Shown: piece by piece, positions 8,481 to 17,445 of the stretch | Layout: each line of letters opens with the position of its first letter | Numbering within the stretch: the stretch's first letter is position 1 | Source of the DNA: Candidatus Bathyarchaeota archaeon | Lineage (GTDB): Archaea; Thermoproteota; Bathyarchaeia; 40CM-2-53-6; CALIRQ01 | Direction of reading: 5' to 3' | NCBI GenBank assembly: GCA_028275385.1 | Contig: JAPWUR010000003.1 | Location: 1 to 36,989 of the forward strand | Length of the DNA stretch: 36,989 bases | The notes under the pieces: generated by a model | What the model saw: the letters and a program-made list of their open reading frames with translations, nothing else | Database searches by the model: none | What the model was told of the DNA's origin: nothing | Program-made: the position numbers and the translations under genes

Positions 8481-10070
8481 TCAAATCCTCCTATAATACA
8501 GCCTGGCCCTTCGCCTCCTCCCGCGAATCCTCCCATAAGCCAGCAGGGAGGCCGCGATGATGGCCAGGAGCGCGGCCCATGCCCAAGGGGAGGAGGGCGT
8601 CGCCAGCGGGAGCCCCCATCCACCCCTGGGTTCTATCTCCAGCCTCGCGGATGCCGTTTTGGAGAGGCCCTCCGAGAACCCCGTTATGGATAGGTTCCCG
8701 GTCCATTGTTTGGCGGCCTCCGGGATCGATAGCTTGATGAGGGCCGTGGTGTTGGGCTTCACGACCCCCTCCTGCTTCACGGATAATCCCGCCGGACCGC
8801 CTTCGATCCTCAAGTGAATCGGCGCGGAGAAGCCCCCGCTGGCCACGGCCCTGACCCTGAGCTCGCCCTCGCCCCCGGCCTCCACCCGAAGGGAGCTCGG
8901 TTCCACCCGCAGCTCGAAATCCCCAATAGCCGAGAAGGAATATCTGATCCTATATTCCCTCGACGCCCTCGAGGCCCCATGCCATAGGAGGTGCAATGTG
9001 CCCCAAGGGCTCACGGCCAAACATGGGGACCATTGGGGGCCCTCGCCCTGGGAGATCGCCTCCATTGGGCCCCATCCTCCCTTGGGATCCCTCGTCCTAG
9101 CCTTCAAGGAGCCCGGGGCCATCCAAGCCACGTGCACCTCGCCGGATGCCGAGATGGCCAACGCCGGGAGGCTGGCGCCGGGCTCATCCGAGACCTGCTC
9201 GGCGGCCTCGAAAGCCCCTCCCCTGCCGCTGGCGTACCAGATGCCCCCGCCGCTCCAAACTACGTGGATCCGCCCCCCGGAATCGGCGAGGATCTGTGGG
9301 TCCCTCTTCGATCCCGCCCCGCTCGTCAGATCGAGGATCTCCGACCATTTGCCGTCCGGGCCCATCCGCCTATATCTTATTTGCTCATCCACGGGGCTAG
9401 ATGGCGATCGACCGCTCCAAACCACGTGGACCGAGCCATCCGGGGCTATAGCCAAATCCGCTTTGCCTTGCTCGAACTCCTCGGCCGTTATGGCGAGGGG
9501 TTCCCCGATCTGACCTCCGGGCTTCCATTTTGAATAAAAGACCTGTTCCTTCAGGGGGCTCGAGGCGGAGGTCCCTATCCAAACGGCGTGGACGGATCCG
9601 TCGGGGCCAAGGGCCAGCCTCGGATATCGCTGGTTATATTGGCCCCTCGTTACCTGTTCCGGCCCCCTCCAGGCGCCGCCCCGGGGCCTCCAAGCGTACC
9701 GGATCTGGAGCACGCCGCCGCCCGCGTCCCCGAACCAAGCCACGTGGGCGGAACCGTCTGGGCCGAGGGCCAGATCCGGGGCGTATTGGCCGCCGCCCTG
9801 GGCGATCGCCTCCCTCGCCCTCCATGTGCCATTTGGCGCCCTCTCAAGATAGAATATCCCCTGCCTCTGGCCCGAGCCCCACCAAACTATGTGGAGCGAG
9901 CCATCGGCGCCAGCGGCCGCCTTAGGATCGAATTGATCCCCCTCGGCCGTCAGCTCCGCCGGGTTGGACCAAGACCTCGGCCCAGCATGGGCCGAGGCGA
10001 TGCCCGATCCGCTAAAGGGCGAGGAGAGCAAGAGGAGCAATAGGGCCGAGGCGAGGGGGAACCTCTCCAT
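8481..10070 (-). CDS. Membrane-anchored secreted protein: about seven-bladed beta-propeller (GxxHxxW repeats), Ig-like domain and C-terminal TM helix
   Basis: Signal peptide; seven repeats (GSLHIVW, GSAHVAW, GSVHAVW, GSVHVVW, GRIHVVW, GEVHVAW, GTLHLLW); DFELRVEPSSLRV module; TM helix with Arg-rich tail. Confidence 0.82.
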   Translation of the reverse strand: MERFPLASALLLLLLSSPFSGSGIASAHAGPRSWSNPAELTAEGDQFDPKAAAGADGSLHIVWWGSGQRQGIFYLERAPNGTWRAREAIAQGGGQYAPDLALGPDGSAHVAWFGDAGGGVLQIRYAWRPRGGAWRGPEQVTRGQYNQRYPRLALGPDGSVHAVWIGTSASSPLKEQVFYSKWKPGGQIGEPLAITAEEFEQGKADLAIAPDGSVHVVWSGRSPSSPVDEQIRYRRMGPDGKWSEILDLTSGAGSKRDPQILADSGGRIHVVWSGGGIWYASGRGGAFEAAEQVSDEPGASLPALAISASGEVHVAWMAPGSLKARTRDPKGGWGPMEAISQGEGPQWSPCLAVSPWGTLHLLWHGASRASREYRIRYSFSAIGDFELRVEPSSLRVEAGGEGELRVRAVASGGFSAPIHLRIEGGPAGLSVKQEGVVKPNTTALIKLSIPEAAKQWTGNLSITGFSEGLSKTASARLEIEPRGGWGLPLATPSSPWAWAALLAIIAASLLAYGRIRGRRRRARLYYRRI

Positions 10071-10351
10071 GGTCGATCAATCAAAAGCCGGGGCCTATCG
10101 GGGATTTAAGCCTTAACCGATCGCGGCCGGCCGCGGGAGCCGGTTCGCTCCCCTTTCCACCCCGGGGGGTCGACGGCGTTTAAAGATCCCGGCGAAGGAG
10201 CGAATCCGGCTCGGCCGCGCCCCCCATTAGGCGGACCTGGACGCGGAATGAGCTACCGATGGGCAAATGGCCCCGCGGGATTGCGCGAATCCCGCTCAGA
10301 TTGCCTAAATCCCCGGCCCGGGAACCTTATAATACGGATGGGAGGATCCAA

Positions 10352-10996
10352 TTGGACGGACCCATTGCGGTGGCGGGCTTGGCGGATCCCTCGGCCCTGG
10401 TCCTCCAATTGATCGCCGTTTGCGGCCTCTTCTCCGAGGGCATATCATCCCTCTTCAAGCGAAGGAACAAGAGCGCCCGGGCCAAATTGGAGGAGCCATC
10501 GGAGGCGCCATCGAGCTCCCTGGAGGAGCTGAGGCGGGAGTTGGCCCTCCCGATGCTCAGGAGGCAGATAGCGTCATTCGCGGTTGAGGCCCTCAGGGAT
10601 GCCGTTGGAAAGGGAATGGGGGGCCCGGGGCTCAGAGATCTCCTCAAGCGCTACGAGGCGGAGCTCAAGGCCCTCGATGAGGCGCTATATCCCAAGGAGG
10701 TGGAGCTAAAGGTCCTGGAGCTTGAGGAGGCGAAGGGGAGGCTTAAGGAATTCCTCGAGGCCAAGATCGCCGAGATAGATTCGAAGATAATGGAGCTGAG
10801 GAGGTCCCTGGAGCTCGGCACGAGGGTCGAGCTGGATTTCGATGTCCCGAAGCCCGAGGATTACGAGGGGAAGGTGAGGGCCCTTATCAAGGACCTTGGG
10901 GGAAGGGCTGGGGAGCTAGAGAGGGAGCTCGAGTCCATAAACAAGGAGGTCCTATCGGCGCTGGAGCGGCTCGAGAGATTGGAGGCGGAGGGTTGA
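10352..10996 (+). CDS. Hypothetical coiled-coil protein with an N-terminal hydrophobic segment; start uncertain (TTG 10352 or GTG 10370)
   Basis: Glu/Leu/Arg heptad-rich sequence with host-like codon usage; TTATAA at about 10327-10332; stop overlaps the rpiA start (TTGA). Confidence 0.7.
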   Translation: MDGPIAVAGLADPSALVLQLIAVCGLFSEGISSLFKRRNKSARAKLEEPSEAPSSSLEELRRELALPMLRRQIASFAVEALRDAVGKGMGGPGLRDLLKRYEAELKALDEALYPKEVELKVLELEEAKGRLKEFLEAKIAEIDSKIMELRRSLELGTRVELDFDVPKPEDYEGKVRALIKDLGGRAGELERELESINKEVLSALERLERLEAEG

Positions 10997-11691
10997 GGCG
11001 GGGGGAGGCGGAGGCCGCCAAGAGGGCGGCCGCGGAGATGGCATCGGCCCTGGTCCGGAGCGGCCAGATAATCGGCCTCGGCAGCGGCAGCACCGTCGCG
11101 CTGGTGGTCGAGGCCCTGGCCAAGAGGGTCAGGGAGGAGGGGCTGAGTGCCGAGTTCGTCCCCTCATCGTATCAGATACAGCTCCTGGCCCTGGAGAGGG
11201 GCCTGAGGGTCGCGGACTTCATGGGGATCGATCGGATCGATTTGGCGATAGACGGCGCGGATCAGGTGGATCGGGAGCTCAACTTGGTCAAGGGCGGCGG
11301 GGGGGCTCTGACTAGGGAGAAGGTCATCGATTCCTTCGCCGCGGAGCTCGTAATAGTCGTGGACGAGGGAAAGCTCTCGGATCGCCTGGGCATCGGCCAG
11401 CCGATACCGATAGAGGTCATCCCCTTCGCCCTGCCGCTGGTGATGCGGGAGGTCAAGAGGCTCGGCGGGAGGCCGGTGCTGAGGATTGGGACCGGAAAGG
11501 TCGGGCCGGTGGTCACGGACAACGGGGGGTTCATTCTCGACGTCGATTTTGGCCCAATAGCGGATCCCGAGCGCCTCGATGCGGATTTGAGGGCCATACC
11601 CGGGGTTGTTGGGACCGGGATCTTCGCCGGGATGGCGCATAGGGTCTACGTCGGCAGGGCGGATGGGACCGTGGAGATCCTGGGGAGATAA
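10993..11691 (+). CDS. rpiA: Ribose-5-phosphate isomerase A
   Basis: IGLGSGST, AIDGADQVD, KGGGGALTREK and VTDNG motifs. Confidence 0.96.
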   Translation: MRRGEAEAAKRAAAEMASALVRSGQIIGLGSGSTVALVVEALAKRVREEGLSAEFVPSSYQIQLLALERGLRVADFMGIDRIDLAIDGADQVDRELNLVKGGGGALTREKVIDSFAAELVIVVDEGKLSDRLGIGQPIPIEVIPFALPLVMREVKRLGGRPVLRIGTGKVGPVVTDNGGFILDVDFGPIADPERLDADLRAIPGVVGTGIFAGMAHRVYVGRADGTVEILGR

Positions 11692-11693
11692 GG

Positions 11694-11825
11694 TGCCGAG
11701 GGCGGGATTCCCGGCCGTTTGGCTGTCGAACCCGCGACCTCTGGATCTCCCCAGAGGGGCTCAATCCCTTATGAGTCCAGCGCTTTGGCCCTTTCGGGCT
11801 CTGACCGCAGCTGAGCCACCTCGGC
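11694..11825 (-). tRNA. tRNA-Met(CAT), elongator type, with three introns (22/23: 11785-11800; 37/38: 11747-11769; 59/60: 11708-11724)
   Basis: Acceptor stem GCCGAGG/CCTCGGC + A; D stem GCTC/GAGC; anticodon stem CTGGA/TCCAG with CT-CAT-AA (anticodon 11771-11773); T arm GCGGG-TTCGACT-CCCGC once the three BHB/BHL-type inserts are removed. Confidence 0.9.
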
Positions 11826-11921
11826 GAATTGCCCTCAGGGGGCGGAGGTAAAAAAGTTTTAACGGCCCCTCGGGCCCCCGATCGACGGCTTTTTTAAAGG
11901 GGAGCGGCGGATCCCAAATCG

Positions 11922-13157
11922 GTGGCTCGCCCCTTGGGGCTATATCTGAGGATTGAGGACCTCGACCTAAGGGATAAGGCCGTCTTCCTTAGGGTCGATA
12001 TAAATTCCCCAATCGATCCAAAAACCGGCCGGATACTCGACGATAGCAGGATAAGGGCGGTGAAGGAAACCCTCGATGCCCTTTCCGAATCGAGGGTCGT
12101 GATTGGGGCCCATCAGGGGAGGCCCGGGGATGAGGATTTCACGTCCCTCAAGGCGCACGCCGAGATGCTCGAAGCGGTGGCGGGTAGGCGCGTGGAATTC
12201 GTCGAGGATATATTCGGCCCTTTGGCGAGGAGCGCGATAAAGAGGATGGGGAGGGGGGATATAACCCTCCTCGAGAACCTGAGGTTCGCGTCTGAGGAAG
12301 TCCTGGATGCCCCGCCCGAGGTGCTCGCGAGGACGCACTTCGTGAGAAATTTGGCCCCGCTCCTCGATGCCTACGTCAACGACGCCTTCGCCACGGCCCA
12401 CAGGGCCAGCGCCTCGATCGTGGGCTTCCCAGAGGTCCTGCCATCGGCGGCGGGGAAGCTCATGGAAAGGGAGCTGGCGGCCCTCGAGGCGATAACGGAG
12501 TCCCCGCAGAGGCCCTGCGTATTCGTCATCGGGGGCGCGAAGATAGAGGATAAGGTCCCGGTCGCCAAGAGCGCACTTGAGCGCGGTTACGCCGACAAGA
12601 TCCTCGTCGGGGGCATGGTCGCGAAGGTATTCCTGAAGGGCGCCGGCCTCGAGCTGGGGAGGGAGGACGAAAGGGTCGTATCTAAGAAGGCGGCCCTCGT
12701 GGAGATGGCGAAGGAGCTCGTGGGGAAATGGGGGGATAGGATAGCGATGCCGAGGGACGTCGCCGTCAAGGCCGATGGGGGGAGGTTTGAGGTGCCCGTC
12801 CAAAGGATGCGCGAATTCGACACCTCGATGGACCTGGGCAGGGAAACGATAGAGGAATACGCATCCATCATAAGGGGCGCTGGAACCATCGTGGCGAACG
12901 GGCCTATGGGCGTCTTCGAGGAGGGGGGGTTCGAGATCGGCACGAGGGCCCTATTGGAGGCGATCGCGGGCTCCAAGGCCTTCAAGGTGATCGGCGGGGG
13001 CCATTTGGCCGTATTGGCCCAAGACCTGGGGATCGCCGGGAAGTTCTCCCACATCAGCACGGGCGGCGGGGCCCTTCTGAAGTTCCTCGCGGGCGGATCG
13101 CTCCCGGCCCTCGATGCCCTGAGGAGGGCCGCGGAGAGGTTCAAGCCCAAGGCCTAG
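11922..13157 (+). CDS. pgk: Phosphoglycerate kinase
   Basis: RVDINSP, AHQGRP, LLENLRF, VNDAFATAHR, GGAK, NGPMGVFE and HISTGGGA motifs. Confidence 0.97.
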   Translation: MARPLGLYLRIEDLDLRDKAVFLRVDINSPIDPKTGRILDDSRIRAVKETLDALSESRVVIGAHQGRPGDEDFTSLKAHAEMLEAVAGRRVEFVEDIFGPLARSAIKRMGRGDITLLENLRFASEEVLDAPPEVLARTHFVRNLAPLLDAYVNDAFATAHRASASIVGFPEVLPSAAGKLMERELAALEAITESPQRPCVFVIGGAKIEDKVPVAKSALERGYADKILVGGMVAKVFLKGAGLELGREDERVVSKKAALVEMAKELVGKWGDRIAMPRDVAVKADGGRFEVPVQRMREFDTSMDLGRETIEEYASIIRGAGTIVANGPMGVFEEGGFEIGTRALLEAIAGSKAFKVIGGGHLAVLAQDLGIAGKFSHISTGGGALLKFLAGGSLPALDALRRAAERFKPKA

Positions 13158-13192
13158 GCCTGGGGCCTCGATCGCGGCTGAGGCGATCGAAT

Positions 13193-14119
13193 TTGGATCG
13201 GAGTGCCATATCGCCGGATAGGACGAGGGTGGGTTGGATAGGAACGGGCGTCATGGGCGGGCCAATGTGCGGCCACATCCTCAAGGCGGGCTATAGGGTC
13301 ACCGTTTACAATCGAACCAAGGCGAGGGCCGAGGGCCTCCTCGCCAAGGGCGCCAAATGGGCGGGGAGCCCGAAGGAGGTCGCGGAGGCCTCCGACGTGG
13401 TCTTCACCATAGTTGGATACCCGGAGGACGTCAGGGAGGTATACTTCGGCCCGGAGGGGATAATGGCGGGGGCCAGGAGGGGTTTGATAATGGTCGATAT
13501 GACCACCAGCCAGCCATCCTTGGCCGCCGAGATATACTCCAGGGCTAAGGCCATCGGGGCGCACGCGCTCGATGCGCCCGTCTCCGGGGGAGACGTCGGG
13601 GCGAGGGAGGGGACCCTATCGATAATGATAGGCGGGGACAGGGACGTGGCGGAGCGCGTGAGGCCCCTGTTGGAGTTGATGGGCAAGAACATACGCTATA
13701 TGGGGCCCGCCGGATCCGGGCAGAGCGCGAAGCTGTGCAATCAGATACTAATCGCCTCCACGATGATCGGGGTGGTGGAATGCCTCCTCTACGCCCATAA
13801 ATCCGGCTTGGATCTGATGGACGTAATAGCAGCGGTGGGGAGCGGCGCCGCGGCTTGCTGGTCCATAAACAACCTGGGGCCCAGGATCGTTAGGAGGGAT
13901 TTCGACCCGGGCTTCATGGTGGAGCATTTCGTGAAGGACATGGGGATCGCCCTCGAGGAGGCGAGGAGGATGAACCTCGCGCTGCCCGGGTTGGCACTGG
14001 CGCATCAATTCTACTTGGCCCTGAAGGCCAAGGGGAAGGGGAGGCTGGGGACCCAAGCGCTGGCGCTGATCCTTGAGGAGCTGAACAACGCGCGCATAGA
14101 GGGGGCCCCTAATCGCTAG
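13193..14119 (+). CDS. NAD(P)-dependent beta-hydroxyacid dehydrogenase (3-hydroxyisobutyrate DH / tartronate semialdehyde reductase family)
   Basis: GWIGTGVMG, DAPVSGGDVGA, GSGQSAKLCNQ and FVKDM motifs. Confidence 0.9.
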   Translation: MDRSAISPDRTRVGWIGTGVMGGPMCGHILKAGYRVTVYNRTKARAEGLLAKGAKWAGSPKEVAEASDVVFTIVGYPEDVREVYFGPEGIMAGARRGLIMVDMTTSQPSLAAEIYSRAKAIGAHALDAPVSGGDVGAREGTLSIMIGGDRDVAERVRPLLELMGKNIRYMGPAGSGQSAKLCNQILIASTMIGVVECLLYAHKSGLDLMDVIAAVGSGAAACWSINNLGPRIVRRDFDPGFMVEHFVKDMGIALEEARRMNLALPGLALAHQFYLALKAKGKGRLGTQALALILEELNNARIEGAPNR

Positions 14120-15641
14120 CGACCTCCAGCTGCAGGTTCAACCTCTTGCATAGCTTCAAGATCCTGCTTTGGCATTTCTTAAGGTAGGCCCTCTTGTACT
14201 CGGAGGGTATGAAGAGCCTAACGGCCTCATCGTCTACGTCCACATCGTACTCTGGCACATGCCTCGCTAGGATCTTGGATATAAGAGCCCTGTTCCGATC
14301 GCTCCCCTCGCTGGCCGCCCTCTTCATCGGGACGACGAAAGTCCTTTCCCCGAATACGTAGAGCTCGTATTCCACGTCGCCCGTCATGAAGTTCTTGACG
14401 AGCACTGTTGGCCTCGCGAGATCCCCCCTCCTCAGCCCAGCCGGGACTTTGACGGTCATCTCCAAGGTGTGGATCTTGGAAACGGTCCCCCCATCCATGA
14501 AGATCACCGTATCCACTATCGAGGGCAAAACGCCCACGTCGACCTTGTTGGCGACCCTTTGGATAGCATCTATCGGGTTCGTCGCATGCATGACGCCGAC
14601 CATCCCTATGCCCGCGAGCCTCAGGTCTATGAATACCTTGAAGTCGTCCTCGTCCCGCATTTCATCGAATATCGTATAATCCGGCCTGCTGAGGAGGAGG
14701 ACGTCGTGGAGCTCCCCCTCCTTGGAGGCGCTCTTCGAATATTGGGTTATATCGGGCGGGAGCTGGAGGTCCCTCGGGCTCTCTATGGTTTTAACGACCT
14801 TGTTCAAGGACCTATAATGCTCGGCCAAGGCCTGGGCGAAGGTGCTCTTCCCCATGCCCGGCGGCCCGGCTATCATTATGCCCTCCGCACCGCTCTCGAG
14901 GCGCTCGATCAGCCTCGGCGGGAGGTTGTAATCCTTAAGCCGCCGCCTGAGTATGGGCCTGACTATCGTTATCTCGAGGCCGTCGGAAAACGGGGGCCTG
15001 GTTATGACTATCCTATAATCCCTGAGCTGCATTATCGTGGCCCCGGGCTTGCTGACCTCTATGAACGCCTCCTCGCCCAGCGATGCGTAGACGTCCTGCG
15101 TTATCTGCGATATGATCATCTCGAGGTCCTCCCTGGAAAGCGGATCGTCCTGGAGGTCCTCGAAGAACCACTTGGAGGGCACCCCCTTCTTCACCCTCGG
15201 CGGGACGCCCTCCTTCAGGTGGAGGCTCATTACGTCGCCGGAGAATATCTCCTCCAGCTTGAGGATCCTATCCGGGGCCTCGTAGACCACCTTCGCCCCC
15301 AATGCCTCCGCCAATTTGGCCATTATGGGGTCGCAGGTCACTATCGATGCGTCCAGGGCCAGGGCCATCTCGCTCAGGGCCTGCCTCATGTTGCCCCCCT
15401 TTTCCGCCTGGAGGCCATCGCCCACATACTCCATATCCACGCCCATCTCGGCGCAGGCGAGCCTGAGCTCGTTCAAGCCGGATATCCCGGAGAGATCGCC
15501 TATTTCCCCCTTCGCTTCAAGGCTGGATATGATGGCCCTATGGATGAGTATCTTCCCCCCTATCTTGCCCTGTTTCAGCATCCGGGGTACCGCTTTGATC
15601 CTTATGGCCGATTCATCCGGGATATACGCCCTAGGAGACAT
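14109..15641 (-). CDS. PIN-domain / PilT-VirB11-type ATPase (PINA-like) with a C-terminal KH-like region
   Basis: MSLHLKEG, RPPFSDGLEIT, Walker A GPPGMGKST, KTIESPRDLQ, Walker B YTIFDEMR and GMVGVMHA. ATG 15641 preferred. Confidence 0.88.
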   Translation of the reverse strand: MSPRAYIPDESAIRIKAVPRMLKQGKIGGKILIHRAIISSLEAKGEIGDLSGISGLNELRLACAEMGVDMEYVGDGLQAEKGGNMRQALSEMALALDASIVTCDPIMAKLAEALGAKVVYEAPDRILKLEEIFSGDVMSLHLKEGVPPRVKKGVPSKWFFEDLQDDPLSREDLEMIISQITQDVYASLGEEAFIEVSKPGATIMQLRDYRIVITRPPFSDGLEITIVRPILRRRLKDYNLPPRLIERLESGAEGIMIAGPPGMGKSTFAQALAEHYRSLNKVVKTIESPRDLQLPPDITQYSKSASKEGELHDVLLLSRPDYTIFDEMRDEDDFKVFIDLRLAGIGMVGVMHATNPIDAIQRVANKVDVGVLPSIVDTVIFMDGGTVSKIHTLEMTVKVPAGLRRGDLARPTVLVKNFMTGDVEYELYVFGERTFVVPMKRAASEGSDRNRALISKILARHVPEYDVDVDDEAVRLFIPSEYKRAYLKKCQSRILKLCKRLNLQLEVASD

Positions 15642-15810
15642 CCCTCTGACGCGCCCAAACAATTGGGCTTGGAGAGCGAGCTCAGAACCCCCTTATAAAT
15701 CGCTCCCTCCCGCGGGCCCTCCCTGGGCTTGGGAAACCTTTAAGAAGATCCTCGATCGATCCCTTTCGAGAGTTGTTGAGGATTGGGTGGACGTAAAATC
15801 GAGCGGTGAT

Positions 15811-17421
15811 GTGGCGGGCCCCGGGGTACGGGGGCCGCAAGGGCCGGATCGGTTGATAATATACGATACGACGCTTCGGGACGGGAATCAAGCGTTCGCC
15901 GTGAATTTCTCCGTCGAGGATAAGCTGAAGATAGCCAGGAAGCTGGACGAGCTGGGGGTCCATTATATAGAGGGGGGATGGCCGAACCCAACGAACCCCA
16001 GCGAATTGGAATTCTTCAAGAGGGTCAAGCTCGAGGGATTGAGCGCGAGGATAGCCGCCTTCGGCATGACCAAGAGGCCGCGTTCAAGGCCCGAGGAGGA
16101 TCAGAACCTGAACCATCTCTTGGAGGCGGAGCCGGATTGCATAACGATCTTCGGGAAGACCTGGAAGCTGCACGTCGCGAGGGTCTTGGAAACTACGCCG
16201 GAGGAGAACTTGGCCATGATAGGGGGCTCGATCGAGTACATAAAGGCGCATGGCTATGAGGTCATCTACGATGCGGAGCATTTCTTCGATGGCTACAAGG
16301 ACGATCCATCCTATGCCTTGGAAACCCTAAGGGTCGCCTTCGAGAGCGGGGCCGAGCAGATCGTCCTATGCGATACAAGGGGGGCCTCCCTGCCGACTGA
16401 GGTATTCAAGGCCACCGAGGAGGTCGTGCGGAAGTTCCCGAGGGCAGTTGTGGGCATACACGCCCACAACGATAAGGGCTTGGCGACCGCGAATTCCCTA
16501 TTCGCCCTAATGGCCGGCGCGAGGCATGTGCAGGGAACCATAAACGGGATAGGGGAAAGGTGCGGCAACGCGGACCTCATAGAGGTCCTGGGCAATGCGG
16601 AATTGAGCTTGGGCATTAGGTTGGGGATCGACCTCTCGGCCCTATCCAAGGTATCGAGCTACGTTTACGAAATAGCGGGGCTCACCCCCAACGATCGTCA
16701 GCCCTTCGTCGGCAAATGCGCCTTCGCCCATAAGGGGGGCGTCCACGGCCACGCGGTGCTGAAATGCCCGGAGGCGTATGAGTTCGTGGACCCATCGATC
16801 CTAGGCGGGAGCAGGTTCATACTGGTGTCCTCGCAGGCCGGGAGGGCGAACCTGCTGGCGAAGGCCAAGGAGTTCGGATATGATCTCGAGAGGGACGATC
16901 CCCGGTTGGCCAGGATCCTAGAGAGGGTTAAGGAGATGGAGGGGGAGGGATACCACTTCGAGAACGCCGATGCGACCCTCGACCTGGTCTTGGCCAGATC
17001 CCTGGGCATCGACCCGAGGTATTTCGAGATAGAGGGCTGGAGGGTCATCGTGAGCGGGGGGAAGGGGGGCGTTTCTTCCGAGAGCACCGTGAAGTTAAGG
17101 GTGGATGGCGAGGAGCTCCTAACAGCCTCCGAGGGCAACGGCCCGGTCAATGCCTTCGATTTGGCCCTGAGGAAGGCCTTGGGCTCCAAATATCGAGAGT
17201 TATCGAAGGTGAACCTCGTGGGATATAGGGTCAGGGAAATAGACGTCGAGCATGGCACCGCGGCGAAGGTTAGGGTGCATATAGAGTTCGAGGCCGATGG
17301 AAGAAGGTGGTCGACGATAGGGGTTTCTACGAATATACTGGAGGCGAGCAAGGAGGCCCTCGAGGACGGCTATCTCTACTACCTCTATAGGATAAGGGAT
17401 CAAAAAAGAAGTGGGGGTTGA
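15811..17421 (+). CDS. cimA: Citramalate synthase (LeuA/CimA family with regulatory domain)
   Basis: IYDTTLRDG, YIEGGWP, IYDAEHFFDG, HAHND, GIGERCGNA, FAHKGGVH and EGNGPVNA. GTG 15811 is the likely start; the ORF-track extension from 15316 overlaps PINA. Confidence 0.9.
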   Translation: MAGPGVRGPQGPDRLIIYDTTLRDGNQAFAVNFSVEDKLKIARKLDELGVHYIEGGWPNPTNPSELEFFKRVKLEGLSARIAAFGMTKRPRSRPEEDQNLNHLLEAEPDCITIFGKTWKLHVARVLETTPEENLAMIGGSIEYIKAHGYEVIYDAEHFFDGYKDDPSYALETLRVAFESGAEQIVLCDTRGASLPTEVFKATEEVVRKFPRAVVGIHAHNDKGLATANSLFALMAGARHVQGTINGIGERCGNADLIEVLGNAELSLGIRLGIDLSALSKVSSYVYEIAGLTPNDRQPFVGKCAFAHKGGVHGHAVLKCPEAYEFVDPSILGGSRFILVSSQAGRANLLAKAKEFGYDLERDDPRLARILERVKEMEGEGYHFENADATLDLVLARSLGIDPRYFEIEGWRVIVSGGKGGVSSESTVKLRVDGEELLTASEGNGPVNAFDLALRKALGSKYRELSKVNLVGYRVREIDVEHGTAAKVRVHIEFEADGRRWSTIGVSTNILEASKEALEDGYLYYLYRIRDQKRSGG

Positions 17422-17445
17422 TTCCAAACGGGGGAGGTTCGGGGC

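Noticed and set aside
11694-11825. Initiator tRNA-Met or tRNA-Ile2(CAT)
   Set aside because: It lacks the A1-U72 pair and the GGG/CCC anticodon stem of initiators. The GCCG-type acceptor stem fits elongator Met better than Ile2, although this was not tested with a covariance model.
15316-15810. N-terminal extension of cimA (701-aa ORF)
   Set aside because: It is an antisense shadow of PINA plus the intergenic promoters. Family similarity starts near 15811.
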